Shown here: positions 1-13,003 of the stretch, in pieces
Numbering within the stretch: the stretch's first letter is position 1
Layout of the letters: the number at the start of each line of letters is the position of its first letter
The notes under the pieces: generated by a model
Database searches by the model: none
Told to the model about the DNA's origin: nothing
What the model saw: the letters and a program-made list of their open reading frames with translations, nothing else
Program-made: the position numbers and the translations under genes
Assembly (NCBI GenBank): GCA_010405405.1
Contig: MU004235.1
Coordinates: forward strand, 1,068,538 to 1,132,537
Length of the DNA: 64,000 nucleotides
Direction: 5' to 3'
Source: Microthyrium microscopicum
Taxonomy: Eukaryota

Positions 1-487
1 GAGCATTTTGCGCGGACGAGGTGGATCGGGGTAGATAGATGAACGATATGAGCTTTTGATCTTTTTATTTTATTCGTTTACTTTGGAGCATGGACGAAAA
101 GCGAGCGTCAAATGGCATTATGAGCTGGTGCAATTAGCGCTGGACAGCGACTAACAATGATGAGCAAGGCGTAACATGTCTTTGAAATCTGTCTTTTTCT
201 TAGCTAGGCTTGATTCCGTCTGGCATGATCTCCATTGCATACATGGATGCGAATTTGGCGTCATATTTGTGTAGCGAGTTGCAAGCGAGGCTAGATGCCA
301 TTGCGATAAGATAGGAAATTCTATCTCTGTGCTATTTTCTTCTGTCACTTATACGTTTCTGTTGAGAGTGCGATCGCTTCTGGGTCATGATATTGCTGCG
401 TACTGAACTGACTATATGAAACATAGATCAGTTGCCTTTCTCATATAATACTCATACACAACTACTCCTCTATCACATAACGAGACT

Positions 488-3400
488 TTACCACAAAAAC
501 TCACTCAATTGCAACTGGCGGTCCTCCAATCCTCGCTCGGCAGCAACAACAACCTCGCGCCGCTCACTTCTCAGATTCTCACTATAGCACAACTTCAACA
601 GCGTCTGCATCTCCTCGTACGTAAATCCCGCCTCCTTGCCCTTAGCCTTCGCCTCGGCAATCACCGCATCCGGCCCTGCGCTGAACAGGTCAAAATACAC
701 CGCCGCTCGCCTCAATTGTGCGCCATCTTCAATGTTCTTGAGGTTCTGCTGCAGCACCAGCACGTTGAGCTGCATACGTGCACATCCGGCTGCATTCATG
801 ACTTGAATATTTTGCGCGGCGGCAACAACGAGCGCGTCAAGAAGGGATGCGAGGCCGGTGGTGATGAATTTTTGGGCGGCGGGCGCGACGTGGGTGGAGA
901 GTTCTTCGTCTATGCCGGCGAGGGCGGCGTTGAGGGAAACGATTTCAGGGTCTGGTTCGTGCAGGTCTTGGTCGAGAGCGAAGGTGCGTGCGAGGGACTT
1001 TTGTAAGTGGTGGACGACGTGCGCACGCGCATCAACGTGTAAGAGTCTTAATACGTCGGTGGCGAGTTGGTTGTAAGAAGATGTCACGCCGTCAAAGGCG
1101 GCGGCAGAGTCGTCGCTGAGCGGTAGGTAGACGTGGTCAGGCTCAGGGGTAGGTTGCGTCGCAATGAGAGTCCAGCGGCGGGCCTTGTCGAAGCGCTCAG
1201 AATGGCGGTTAGTGGAGGGGTCATTAGCGTGGGCGGAGATGAAGCGGAGGGCGGTGAGTTTTGAGGCGAGCCATTTCATAGAGGTCGAGAGGAGGCAAAG
1301 GGCGGCGAGGGCGCGGCGGTCTAGGATGAGATCTGCTTCTTCGACGGTAGTGTTTTGGAGGTCGGAGAGAAGGTGGGTGTTTTCTTTGTTGATTAGGTCG
1401 ATTCGAGCGGCATCGTCGGCGTTGAGAAGCTGATCGACCATTGCTTTGAGAGCGTCATCCTCGAGAAGTGAGGCAGATATTTTGAGACGTTTGCCGCTCT
1501 GGGGGTGAGGTTGAGTTCGTGATACGATTGCTTTTGACGAGTCAGTATGATAAAACAAGTCCAGAATTCTGGCTGGACTTACCTTTGAACCAGCCGCAGC
1601 ACTTATCATAGTAAGCTACGATCTGGGTAATGATCAATTGCGTAAAGGCTTGGTCATGAGGCAAGATATCTAACATCCGGCAAAATGCCTCGATCAGTTT
1701 ATAGAACTTGGCTGTTCCTTTGAATATTGGTTTCTTCGCATTGAATTGCCATAAAGGATCCTGAGTGAAGGCGTCGACTTCAATAAAAGTCTGAGCACTC
1801 ATTTCAACTAGTGTTTCGTCTAGTTGTGGTAAGAAGACATTGATCAAAAAGTCGTCCAAAAACGACGTTAGGGTGCTCATAGCAATGTCTGAGGACGAAG
1901 GTACTACTTCCTTTAGGCGATTGAGGAATGTCAATGATGGCGGAAGTAAAATCGCCATATTGAAGACGGTTGGTTCGACAAGTAATTTGTGTCCAGTGGC
2001 GCTTCCATCTGTCCCGGTGTTATTCGCGGTATTATTTGAGTTTGACTCTTCCGCCCCATCGGTTGTTTTGCTGTCAGACACAAGGCCCGGAACGGAGGTG
2101 GTGAGAATTGATTGCAGCGATTCTTTTTCGGTGATCAAGTCTGTAGATTTGGAATCCATGTCTTTCAATTTGAACATCTTCTTTGTCCTATCGCGTTGAC
2201 TCTTGGAAAAGACACTGCTGCCTCTAGATCCATCATTACTTCGCTTATAAGCAGCATCGCTGGTTGCAAGGTAATCATGAAGAAGAGATCGGATCTCACT
2301 TTGGTATAACTTCCACAATTCTCGAAAGCCACTTGTTAGACTTGAAATTCCTCTGGTGCCTTCTCGTTTTGTTATGCCAGAGATTATCTCGTGCACTACC
2401 CGATGACCTTCGGCAATCGCCTCGAAGCGAGCAAATAAAGTTCCAAAGAGATCGTTTAAGATTACCGACTGTGGCGAGTTAAGAGAGCTGAAGTCAGTAA
2501 GATTATTGGAATCCTTTCCGGAACGAAGACCAGCCGGATAGCGTTGGTCAACTTCGTTTGTGCTCTTTTCCACGACGCGGAAGAGCTCCACAGGTAAACG
2601 TTGTGCAAGAGTCTCAACCGCCACATCCAGTCGCCCAAGAGTATTGAGCGACTCAATGAGTAAGTGAATATATGCAAAAGTATCAGCCTCGGGGTTTTTG
2701 GTGGGGTCATCTCGCATCACTGAATCCGTATCTAGCTGGTCTAGAAATGCGTAAAGCTGACGACCGCCCAGCGTTGTTGCGGTATCTTTCGAAATGCCTC
2801 GTACATGTTGATTAGCATGTTTTTTCCACCTGTTCTCGCAATATGGAGACTTTAGATAGAGGTGGTTGTGGAGTTCCTCAATCAAGATATCGGTGAGAGA
2901 CTAGGTTTGTTAGATTGTTTCCTAAGAAAGATTGAGGCAACATACGTGTTCTTGATTACTCAAATACACTCTCAACTCTCTCAATGCGCCTATGTCTTCC
3001 ATACCATCTTTTCGCATTTCTTTCATGGCATCCTGGAGAGATTCGACTGCACTAAGAAACCTTTTCTCTGAAATCCTAGCTTCTAGCTTCTCTGGTATAG
3101 ACTGAAGTGTTTCTCTGTGATCATGTCAGTATACCTCCGTATATTCTTTACAGGTACCCACATCGAAGAAAGTAGCAGCAACATGTCATCGTAATTCTGG
3201 CTTGTCTTGGCCATACCCTGCAGCTCTGGTCTTGTGGTTTCCAAGCTTCTCTTTGCGCTCCCGAGGCTATCCTTGAGATTTCTCAAACGAGTTTGACTCG
3301 TGCTCAGAGCAGACTGGATCGCATGAAATCTACCAATTGAGCTATTGAACCCCTGATGCTGCTCATTCACAATTTGCCGAAGGGCAGTCTGTAGCTGTGC

Positions 3401-4039
3401 ATGAAGGTCGTTGAACCGGTCGTATTTGGACGCCAAGCCGATACTCGAATCATCCATAAATTGTAATGCGACTTTGATTGGAATACATTTTTCTTCCGTC
3501 ATAAATGACCAGTCTTGCTTGATAACTCGAAGGACCTCTTCTATCTGTCGGCTTCCATCTCCGTTTCCTTGGACACGCCGCGTTGGACTGCGATTCCATC
3601 CACCTCCACCACTGCGACGATTCGCTCGCGTTCTTTCGAGAGCTGTTGGTCGCGGAAGGGAGGCGGGTTCATCCGTAGAATTGCCGGCATCATATCGAGA
3701 GTTAAGGGCACCCGAGGATCCGGCATATGGGTTATCGCCGTAAGGATTCCTATTTCCTGCGCCGCTGCCGTTGCTATTGGAATATGATGTGGATGTGGCA
3801 GTAGGCACCTCGCGATATGGATCGTATTCCTCGTCTGTTTGCCCTGCCCCGCCAACTGCATATGGAGTATATTGTGCGCCTCGACGCGCCGAACGAACGG
3901 GAGGAGATCTTAGGGATTCTGCTTCGGGGTTCGCAGAGCGATCGCGTTGGCTGGAGTAGGGATCGTTCATGGTGTTGCCATTAGAATAGCCGGTGGCACC
4001 GCCCGAGCCACCGGGGGTATTGAAATTGAAGCGAGACAT
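488..4039 (-). CDS. SEC8: Exocyst complex component Sec8 (4 exons)
   Basis: ATG at 4039 (MSRFNFN). GT-AG introns at ~3115-3161, 2901-2945 and 1531-1582 join the ORFs. Recognisable Sec8 segments: IVNEQHQGFNSSIG, ILIEELHNHLYLKSPY, LTSFLDDFLINVFLPQLDETL, RMQLNVLVLQQNLKNIE, and the C-terminus LQLSEFLW. Confidence 0.93.
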
Positions 4040-4730
4040 TTCTGTCGGCAGATTATAGAGGAGGCCGATCCATGATGGTGTTAGGCTGGTGAATGGGTTT
4101 TGTGAATTAGGAGGAAAGGTACCAAGTCTCAAAGGAGAAGGCACTGGTCGTTGAAGCTTCGCACGGACCCACGCAAGGCTGGCCAAGCTCTAATAAGGCT
4201 GAATATTCTTGTTTGGCTCTTTAACCAGCAATAATTATTTGAAACTTCTTACTTTTTGTTTTCCGCATATTTGATCAATTTCATAAACTGGCTTTCCCCA
4301 CGGAAACCATCCGGCAACCGCTTTTGGAGCAGCAAAACCCCGGTTTCTTGATTTCGTAGGTAATACTCGGTTGATGAAAGGAAGAGTCATGTTGAGCATG
4401 ATACGTGCTTGATCTTATAATTGTTTGGAGGATGTGCTGGCCGAAGATGTGCTGGTTGATCTTGGAAGTGTTCAGGTCACCGTGGCGAAATGCAAACTCC
4501 CGTGGAAGAATCGCATTTCCGTGAGATCAAGGCAATGCCGCGAGTCAACAAACCGGCATGCCAGTCTAGTGAAGTAGTGCAACTAACCTTCACTGCTGAG
4601 TCAACAAAAAATCCCAGACAGGAGTATGTGATGAGGTTTGATTAATTCCTGGCCAGACAATCACTGCGTTCTGAATACGTAGGTAGGCAATCACTTATGA
4701 ACTTTTAAGATTAGTATGTAGTGAAGGGCC

Positions 4731-4990
4731 ATGGCATGCGAGGGGAGTAGGTTCACCATTACTGAGAGAGGGTATCTCAAGTTGGCCCTAGACGGGTCGA
4801 GGCAAGGCAACAAGGTGGCTTTTCTATATGGAGGTAAACATCCTGCGATGCTCTGGTCGTTCGAGAATAATGAAGAGCACCAATTGGTCGTAGAGCCGTA
4901 TGCTCAAAGTATGTGGGTGGTGAGGTGCTGGACATCATAGATCCAATGGTAGAAGAACTGGAAGTGGATGCTTTGCGGAGATAATTCTCT
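4731..4990 (+). pseudogene. Degenerate fragment resembling the C-terminus of HET-domain (Het-6-like) heterokaryon incompatibility proteins
   Basis: GSRFTITERGYLKLALDGSRQGNKVAFLYGGKHPAML...HQLVVEPYAQSM resembles the pattern RRFFxTxxGYIGLxPxxxxxGDxVxILxGGxVPxVLR...YxLVGExYVHGIM. The expected GE continuation is in another frame, and there is no upstream ORF. Confidence 0.55.
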
Positions 4991-5340
4991 AGTGTCCAAA
5001 TGATGCCTTATTGGGATGAACATTCCTGTCACATTCATACTTACTCTGGATATTAAGCACTCGATAGGAATTAGAGTATACTATATTTACGAAGTGTCTT
5101 GGCAGACATCGTAGTCGTTGGGAGTGTTCATCCAGACCACTTACTTCTCTTGACACCAAAGAGTGTACACCTTGCTAAAGTCACGAATACAGCGATAAGA
5201 GTGATTGAACGTGTAAAAGAATTTAGCATTATGCCAACCGGGAATATAGATCATAGATACAGTAGAGCCAGCGCTCTAGTCTAAAAGAACAGACGATTTT
5301 CATTTTCCAAACAGACACACCCACCATCCCTCGCGATTCT

Positions 5341-7205
5341 CTATCGCTTGAAATGCTTCTTCTCAAAGGGCCGGGTAATGCAGTAAGATGTGAAGGCAAA
5401 AGCGAATGCCAATTCGAATCCAACATCACCACCAAATGGTGCCTCACCGGCGCTGAGGGCGATTTTTCCGACGTACCATCTGCGAACATGTTAGCATAAG
5501 GTCACAACAGAGAGTTATTGGGGGCAAATACGGCTGAGACATTCCTAAGCTGCGGGTATAGTTAGCGAGTATTCTTAAGTTATATTGTGTTGGTTGAGTC
5601 AGTTTCTGGCCTGCCGGAATGCTGTTCGGTGGTGTTTCACCAGAACAACATTTCAGAAGAAGAGAACAAACCCTAGACCTTGGGATATGGGAGAACTTAC
5701 ACCATGCCGACGATACCCATGCAGAATGAGAAGATGGCGGCGATGCCTGGTGGGAGCATGTTGGGCTGATCCCAATGCGAGACATCGTAGTTCTTGGTTC
5801 CGCGCTTGAAGACAAAGTGGTCTGCGAGAGCAACACCTTCGTAGGCAGCGAGCCAATATCCGATCATGTCCATGAACTCGGAGAGAACAGCCTCAAAGTG
5901 GCTATAACCGGGAATAGCAATGGCGACATAGATGATGCTAGCAATCAAGGTCCACACGAATCGAGGAACCTTAGCAGCATAACGACCGAGAATCTGGGCA
6001 GTGAGAGAGACGGAGTAGATGTTGGGTAGGTTGTTGGCGACAATGGAGAGCGCAAGAATGACGAGAACGAATTTGCCGAATCCGCCTAGAGGAGGGAAGA
6101 GAACAGCAGCCAAGAGACCACCGACCTTTGAGGTTGCGAATCCGTCGGCATATCGGTTGTCGCCACCGTTGATGGAGGTGGCAGAGTAGATACCAGCGCC
6201 AAGCATCTCGCAGAAAAGGATCGGGATGATAAGTCCAAGGAATGTGGAGATGAACACGAGCTTGCGATTTTGGTTACGTGGCTGATACACTGTGTAATCA
6301 GCGGCGTACGACGACCAACCTGTTGCGAAGCCGTATATGATGGAGCCGAAAGAAAGAACACTGCCCATTTCGGCTTTTCCAGTGCTCCATTCGATGTGTC
6401 GGTATGCGCCAGAGTGAGCAAATACACCGATGAGGATAAGATAGATGCTAGATATATGTTAGTTTGTGGTTTGGTAGGCATGCGCTGCATGATGACTTAC
6501 ATAAACACTGGAATCCATGCCCAAGCCTCGAAAGCGTGTACCACTCGGTATCCAAAGAAGCAGACAATGAACGTGCAGATACCAATAATGACGATACCAG
6601 CAGCTCCATCGACCTTGGGGTTAACAGCGTTGATCAATTGAGCACCTACAATCGAGTTGACTGCTGACCACCCGATGCATGCGATAATGTTGAAGATACC
6701 AATAAGCTTAACTCCCCACCAGCCGAACCAGAAGCGGGAGAGAACCATTTGACGAAGACCAAAGACGGGACCGAAGGTGGAGAACAGGCAAACCGGTAAA
6801 ACACCGATCAAGTTGAAGAACAGGATTGTCAAGAAAGAATCCGCAATGCCCATGTAGAACACAGACTGGCCGAGCAGACCGATGGCGAAAGATGAGACCA
6901 CCATGTTTGCGGAAAGCCACTGCAGAATGTTAATCGTGTAAACACTGTTAGCGATCTGGAAATCATACCATGGTGCCAACGTTGAGAATTGAATTGTCGT
7001 GTCTCTCATCTTCTGGAACGCGCTCGATACCGCGCTGTTCAACACCGATCTTAGCAGCGAGTCTCATAATCTTTCCTCGCACGCCAGGAACATGGGTAAA
7101 AGCCTCTCCTCGAACTGCATCGCCATCTTCGACATATTGGTTGTGAGATACTGGAGACGCCGCCTTGTCATCCATCTTCTCGACATCATGCTCGTAGGAG
7201 GCCAT
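5341..7205 (-). CDS. NCS1-family purine-cytosine permease (FCY2/FCY21-like), 5 exons
   Basis: ATG at 7205 (MASYEHDVEK). Motifs VEQRGIERVPEDER, FGPVFGLRQMVLSRFWFGWWG, GWSSYAADYTVY, NNLPNIYS and GGDVGFELAF. Introns at ~6920-6968, ~6448-6500, 5550-5700 and ~5480-5531, with an 18-nt mini-exon at 5532-5549. Stop at 5341. Confidence 0.9.
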
Positions 7206-9343
7206 TTCAGGCACTGCGATTCTGGATTCGAGGAAGTTGAGGGTTAGTGATGTATGTTAACACCAAGTAAAAGAATGGAGGTTTAGTTTGGAAGCTCTGT
7301 GATGTGCTGTCTGGGATTCCTATTCAGCGGCCTCAACCCGCAGTGCTTATATATTAACGAAAACAATGCCCAGAGCTGAAGGTACGATGGAGAGGCACAG
7401 GAAGCGTGGAGGAATTAACACTGTTTCTATTGTATGAACAGCGGAGTGCGGCGAACTGGGAACCACCAGCTTGGACCTGGGCCTCTCCACCGAGATAAGC
7501 TCGATCAAGCTCCCGCATCCATTCGCGAACAGGGTGGCGGGGAGAACATCACAGTAAGACGATCTCGTTTGGCCCATCCATGAGCGTTCCATGCAGGTGT
7601 GGATGCAAGACCATGCCCAACAGAGGTCAAGATCGCATGGCCAGACCACAGACCCTTTGTCCGGAGCTGGCCGACAGCCGACTAAAAAGACAGTCCAAAG
7701 GCAAAGAACCAATCGTGAATGGAAGGTCAGTAGAAAGCTGGGCGCATGAAAGCGTGGGAGGACTGGATGAAGTGCGTCGGAGTGTCGTTTGATTCGTGGG
7801 CGAGTCTATTGTCTGCCAAGAGCCCGTGTCGTGTGCAGTGGGAGATAATGAAAAAAGCAATGGAGTAATAGCACCTACAACTTGGGACGACAAACCTACA
7901 ACTACCGGTATAATTGGCAATATTGGAATAACTCGGCGGGTATGGGCGCGTTCAATGTGAATCATGGGAGATGGATTTTGGCTAAGAAAGTAAGCTTACC
8001 GTGAACATATCCAAGCCATATCAGCACCCCGAATTGTTCCTTTGATGGGCATCAAAAATGTCCTGGTTGTACCTCTAGAGTCTACCTGGGCTTTCTTCAT
8101 GTCCCTTGTTGACGATCCCGGTTAAGTTCCTAGAGATGACATGTAACCTACCACGGCATAAAGTAAGCCACAACCATTGGAATGTGCCGAATGATTTAAT
8201 TCCACGGTTCGCACAATGACTAACGTTATGATCTTGTTCCTATATAATATTACTCGAAAGTACGAGTCCATCTCGAGTCCTCAACGGCTCTTCTCGCGAA
8301 TAACTTTTATTTCTAGAACTGGGGGTTGAAGCTTGGCCTCGCCGAATGGTTGGGCCACCTGATAAGGAATCAACTCCAACCAATAATGGGAATAAGAGTC
8401 AAGCCATGGATCGGGAAGATATGCGGCTAACCATTAAGGTAGAAAGCCACCTCGCGTGCAGTGCGGGACAAGTGGGCTTCTTTTGTGGAGTTATTACTGC
8501 ATTGCGTTGCTAAGGCTCAGACAAGTCCAGCCAATTGCAACACCAATAATTCTACAAAGGTAACACACCACTACCATTATAACATCGGCTTGAACACAAC
8601 GACGGTCTGCCAATAGAGACTAATCTGCTACTAAACCAGCACGCATCAGGTTCAGAGTAATGCCAAGTTGATTGCGATCGCGATAATAAGAGTTTAGCCT
8701 ATGAACAGCATCTGAACAGGTACGATTGTTGCGATTTTACTTGCGCTGTTCCCAAAGTAGAAATTGCGCATAAATCCAGACAGCCTTTTCCATCATCACA
8801 CTACTTCTGGCCATCGCACTTAGCTAGCTTGCCAGGACCGGGTTTTTGACAGCGACTCTGGCATTCGCCATGCGTACCACAGCATGGTTCTTCAATGCAC
8901 ATTAAACCAATTACCGGGCTAGTGGAACCACTTGATCCGGGAACTTTGACCCAAGGCCCAACGAACCTTCATTCCGTGTAGCGAAAGAATAGTTGCGGCA
9001 AGGATGTTTTTCGTCGCCGGTAAAGGCAAGTAGTGAGTAGCCTCATGACTGCTCAGTGCTGATCGTGCGTGTTCTAGAATTTTGACCCTCTTCTAGACAC
9101 TGCAGATCTGGCAGATAGCAGAACGACTTGTGGTTGGTAGATTTTGCTGCCAATCATTCATCGCGTGAGCTTAAATCCAGCTTCGTCCGTAATAGTGACC
9201 ACGGTGACTGAGGTGCGCAGCATCATTTGACCCCACAAACTTCAAAAAGATGGCGATGCCTCGATCTTCAATCTTGCAAGCTGTTGATCCCTCAATGATT
9301 TAGTTGATTGTTGATCGCGTCTATCAAGTTGTATCGCCCTTGA

Positions 9344-10897
9344 TCATATGTCGTCCATTGGTAGTTCGTGCTCAACTCCGATATTTTCCTCAAGCTGTCG
9401 TCTGTCGATTTCGGCCATATCGCGATCCATATCCACATCTTCTTCTTTGATCCGCGCATCCTCTTCCTCTCTGATCTTCAGATAATCGTTGGGGATATAC
9501 TGCATCTGGACACTAGGAGCGCCTTGAATATACCGTAGCTGCTCGTAGATGTTTTCGACTAGAGATTGCAAATATTCCTCGGTATTCTCATTTTCGTGGA
9601 TGACTCTTTGCAGTTGATCGAAGTCTGGGTAGAGCCTACCGTCACCATGTTCCGCGCCCACAAAAGCCTGTCGATATGGTACATGAGCTGGGATGGTTTC
9701 GTTCAGATGCGCACCTACGCAGATAGCGGTTTCGTGAGTCCAACATCTGGCAACGTTGCGTGGAGTGTATCCTCCTCCTCCTAGAATGAGCAACTTCCGG
9801 TTGAAACATCGGTCTTTGACAAACTCAACGCAAGATCCATGAGCCTTGATATTGAGATTGAACGGTCCGAGTCGGTCTCCCCCAAGTGAGTCTGCGCCGC
9901 ACTGTAATACAACAGCACTAGGATTATATTGATCGATCACGGCGCCGGCGATTTGCTGAAACGTCATCCTCCATTGATCATCGGATATTCCTGGTTTTAG
10001 AGGTACATTTAAGCTGTGATGAGCGCCCGCGTTTGAAGGATCCTTTGGCCCAATGTCACCGATCTTACCCGTCTCAGGAAAGAATCCGTAGGCAAAGTTG
10101 TGAAAAGATAAAGTGAGGACTCGATCTGTTGAAAAGAAGGCCTCCTCAACACCATCGCCATGATGGACATCAATGTCGATATACAATACTCGAGTATTGG
10201 TGAGAAGAAGCTGCTGGATCGCAACGACAATGTCATTGATGTAACAAAATCCCGAAGCCTTGTTTTTGTGGGCATGATGTAAACCTCCAGACCAGTTGAT
10301 GGCAATATCAGATTGATCAGAAATTAGGGCTCTGGCGCCGTCCAAAGAAGCTCCAGAGTAATACCTGAAATAGTCCCACATGCCGTCAAAAACCGGGCAA
10401 TCGAGGCTAGTACTGTCGTCTCCAAGATACAAATGCTTTTCGTCCTTGTCGAGGTCTTTTCTGGGATTCAGTCTGATGATTGTCAGCCGTGCCGAATGTA
10501 TATTGAAAACCAATACCACTTACCTTGCAAGAAAACTGAGGTATTCTTCCGAATGAAAAGCTGCCAGCTCAGCCTTTGTGGCCATTCGTGACTCGTACAT
10601 GTCCATGGCATACTGAAGGCCATAGCTAAGGACCAGTTGCTTGGTAAGAGTAAGTCTCCAGGGCTTCATTGGATGTTGACTTCCAAAGTGGTGACCTTCA
10701 ACTCTAGCATTGTAGTGAAAGGAGACCGTTTCTCGCGACGGCCTTTGAATTCCATTGTCAAGAGCTTCTCTCCTGATCAAATGTTCGCGTTGCTCGGGTG
10801 TTAATTGCCTCCATGTCTCGACTTGAACGGGCTGTTTAGTCAGCGCCCATTCCTCGACGATGGCGTTGTCAAAATGAGTGACACAACCGTTCGCCAT
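9344..10897 (-). CDS. HOS2: Class I histone deacetylase, Hos2/HosA type
   Basis: HPMKPWRLTLTKQLVLSYGL (Hos2-typical), GGLHHA, SGFCYINDIV, YIDIDVHHGDGVEEAF, QCGADSLGGDRLG, GGGGYT. One intron at 10473-10523. Confidence 0.9.
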
Positions 10898-11231
10898 GGC
10901 TTGTCCAGGCTGGAGTGCGTTGTGGTTTGATGCGCGGTTCCTACCATGCGAAATTTATGATACAGTAAGTAGCTGATGAAGTTTTATTGATGTGATTAAT
11001 CCAATATCCTTGTAAAACGTAGGTTATGGGCGTTGTTGGATCGTGCTAGTACGAAGACGACCGAGTGTTTACCGAGCTTTGGAGGAAAGCTTGTCAAGGT
11101 CACCAGCGCTTGCCCGGAATAAAATGTTCAAGAAGTTGAAGTGGAAAGAGCCTCGACATCTCGGTTGAGCTGGACTTCTCAAAAGATGCAGATGTGGCGC
11201 GTGAATTTTCGTGGTGTGGCGCAAAGTTTGG

Positions 11232-11241
11232 ATCACGTGAC
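11232..11241. promoter_or_regulatory. ATCACGTGAC E-box (Cbf1/bHLH-type site) in the HOS2-YNG2 divergent promoter
   Basis: Palindromic TCACGTGA inside a ~510-bp divergent intergenic region. Function is inferred only. Confidence 0.35.
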
Positions 11242-11406
11242 TTAGCATCATCTTCCACTTTGTGAGGCGCAAGACAACTCCCCGGGCCGATTCTAACTTC
11301 ATCTGACCCCTAACTGTCCCAGAATCATCAAAAATACATCATTTGCCATCAAATTAAAGAGCTAGGATTGGTCATACGAGGTCCAAACTTCGAAATACAA
11401 GGCAAT

Positions 11407-12732
11407 ATGGCCGTTACTGAAGACGCAGCGAGCGTGCTGGAGCAATTCGTACATGATGGTAAGTCGCGACATCTGGTTTGCACCGCCACACGTTATATCT
11501 ATATAACTTAATATTAACTTCAACGCATAGTTGCCAACCTACCAGGCGAAATAGCCCATTTATACGAGGAAGCAGGCGCTAAGCAAGAAGCCATTAATGC
11601 CCTCAATAGCCTCATCGCCACTAAAGATGGGCAACTCCAAAAGTTTGTCAAAAATTCAGGCTCCCTCACCAAACACCCTAAGGAGGACATATGGAACAAG
11701 GAAATACTGGATGCATACACCAAAGCCCAAGCTCTCCAAGACGAGAAAATTGCTTTTGTGCAAAAGGCTTGCTCCCTGCTGGACCGCTACGTCAAACGGC
11801 TTGATGTTAAGATCCGCGATCTACAAGCCGAAGGCTCCATGCCTCTCGACAACCGCATGCCATCCCTCCTACGCCAGTCGGAAGGCAATCTCGTCGCTAT
11901 CGACTCTAACACTACCGCTTCTACTGTATCCACACCTAATCCTCTGCAACCACTTGCACACAATCCCAATCCGTCCACCTACCCCCTTGCCCAGTCCACT
12001 CTCAACCGCCTGGCAGCTGCAAATGCCGCCTCCGCCAACAGCGCTGGTCGTTCCAGCGCCCCTGCACCGCAAATGCACCCGCTACATCACGCGCAGTCCG
12101 CCGCAACTCCAACACCCGCAGGCAATAGCGCGCAAACAGCCCGCACTCGCGAATCCAGTGTTGGTAGCGATGCTAAGAAGCGTCGTCTGCACCTCGGCAG
12201 CCTTCCGACGCCCTCCATAACCGCCTCAACCCGACACGCCTCCCTCGGCCCCGGCACACCAAAAGCACACACCCCCGGCGTCAGCCGCGCCGGCAGCGTA
12301 GGACCACACGGCATTCGACCAGGCCTTAAGAAAGCTCACACGATGAAGAAACCCACGCTCGCGCAAACACTTGCGCACAAGAAGAAGATGACCAAAAAGA
12401 CCAAACGCCGACTCCTAGGAGCTTCCGGCCGTAATGGAAGCCCAGCAACAACAACAGGCGATGAATTAAGCAATGATGCGTCGAGCGGGAGCGAGGACGG
12501 CGAATTTGGCGAAGGGGGAAGAGGACGGGAGGAGATGGATGAGGCGAGCGATGATACAAAGTATTGCTATTGTCACGATGTGAGCCATGGTGATATGATT
12601 GCGTGTGATAACGCGGATTGTGCGATTCAGTGGTTTCATTGGACATGTGCCGGTATCACGGCGGAGCCGCAGGGGGAGTGGTTGTGTCGGGAGTGTCGTA
12701 AGCTGCCGAGGGAGAAGATTAAGAAGTCTTAG
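11407..12732 (+). CDS. YNG2: ING-family PHD finger protein, Yng2-like (NuA4 subunit)
   Basis: [25 protein letters not shown] across intron 11459-11530. N-terminal ING coiled coil and C-terminal PHD finger [29 protein letters not shown]...WLCREC. Confidence 0.85.
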
Positions 12733-13003
12733 AAGACTGTTTGCTGGATGAGGCGACACATGTGTATGATAACGTGGGAGGCATATGGTCTACTTTATTA
12801 AGATGTTCGTATTAGGTGGTACTTTCATTATATATGAGCCATTTCAAAAACTCCATCAAATGCTCATCACGTTCTGGCACGACCGCTTCAAGATATGCTT
12901 TATTTACAGATATTAACCTCCCATCAACATTTCAGATCTTGGTGCAGTTGCACCTTGCTAGCATTATTTGGACTGTGGTGGTTTTTGGATCATAATATTC
13001 TTC

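Noticed and set aside
1557..1580. Palindromic stem in SEC8 intron (aagtccag...ctggactt)
   Set aside because: A short 8-bp stem that could be chance, with no supporting evidence.
509..2482. Plus-strand ORFs overlapping SEC8 (and similar antisense ORFs over PEX2, nimA, the cyclin and the permease)
   Set aside because: These are shadow ORFs opposite real genes, with no recognisable domains.
7206..9343. TPP riboswitch or ncRNA upstream of the permease
   Set aside because: No CTGAGA / CTTGAT...AGCG aptamer core or other recognisable RNA motif was found by eye on either strand. The short ORFs here lack coding features.
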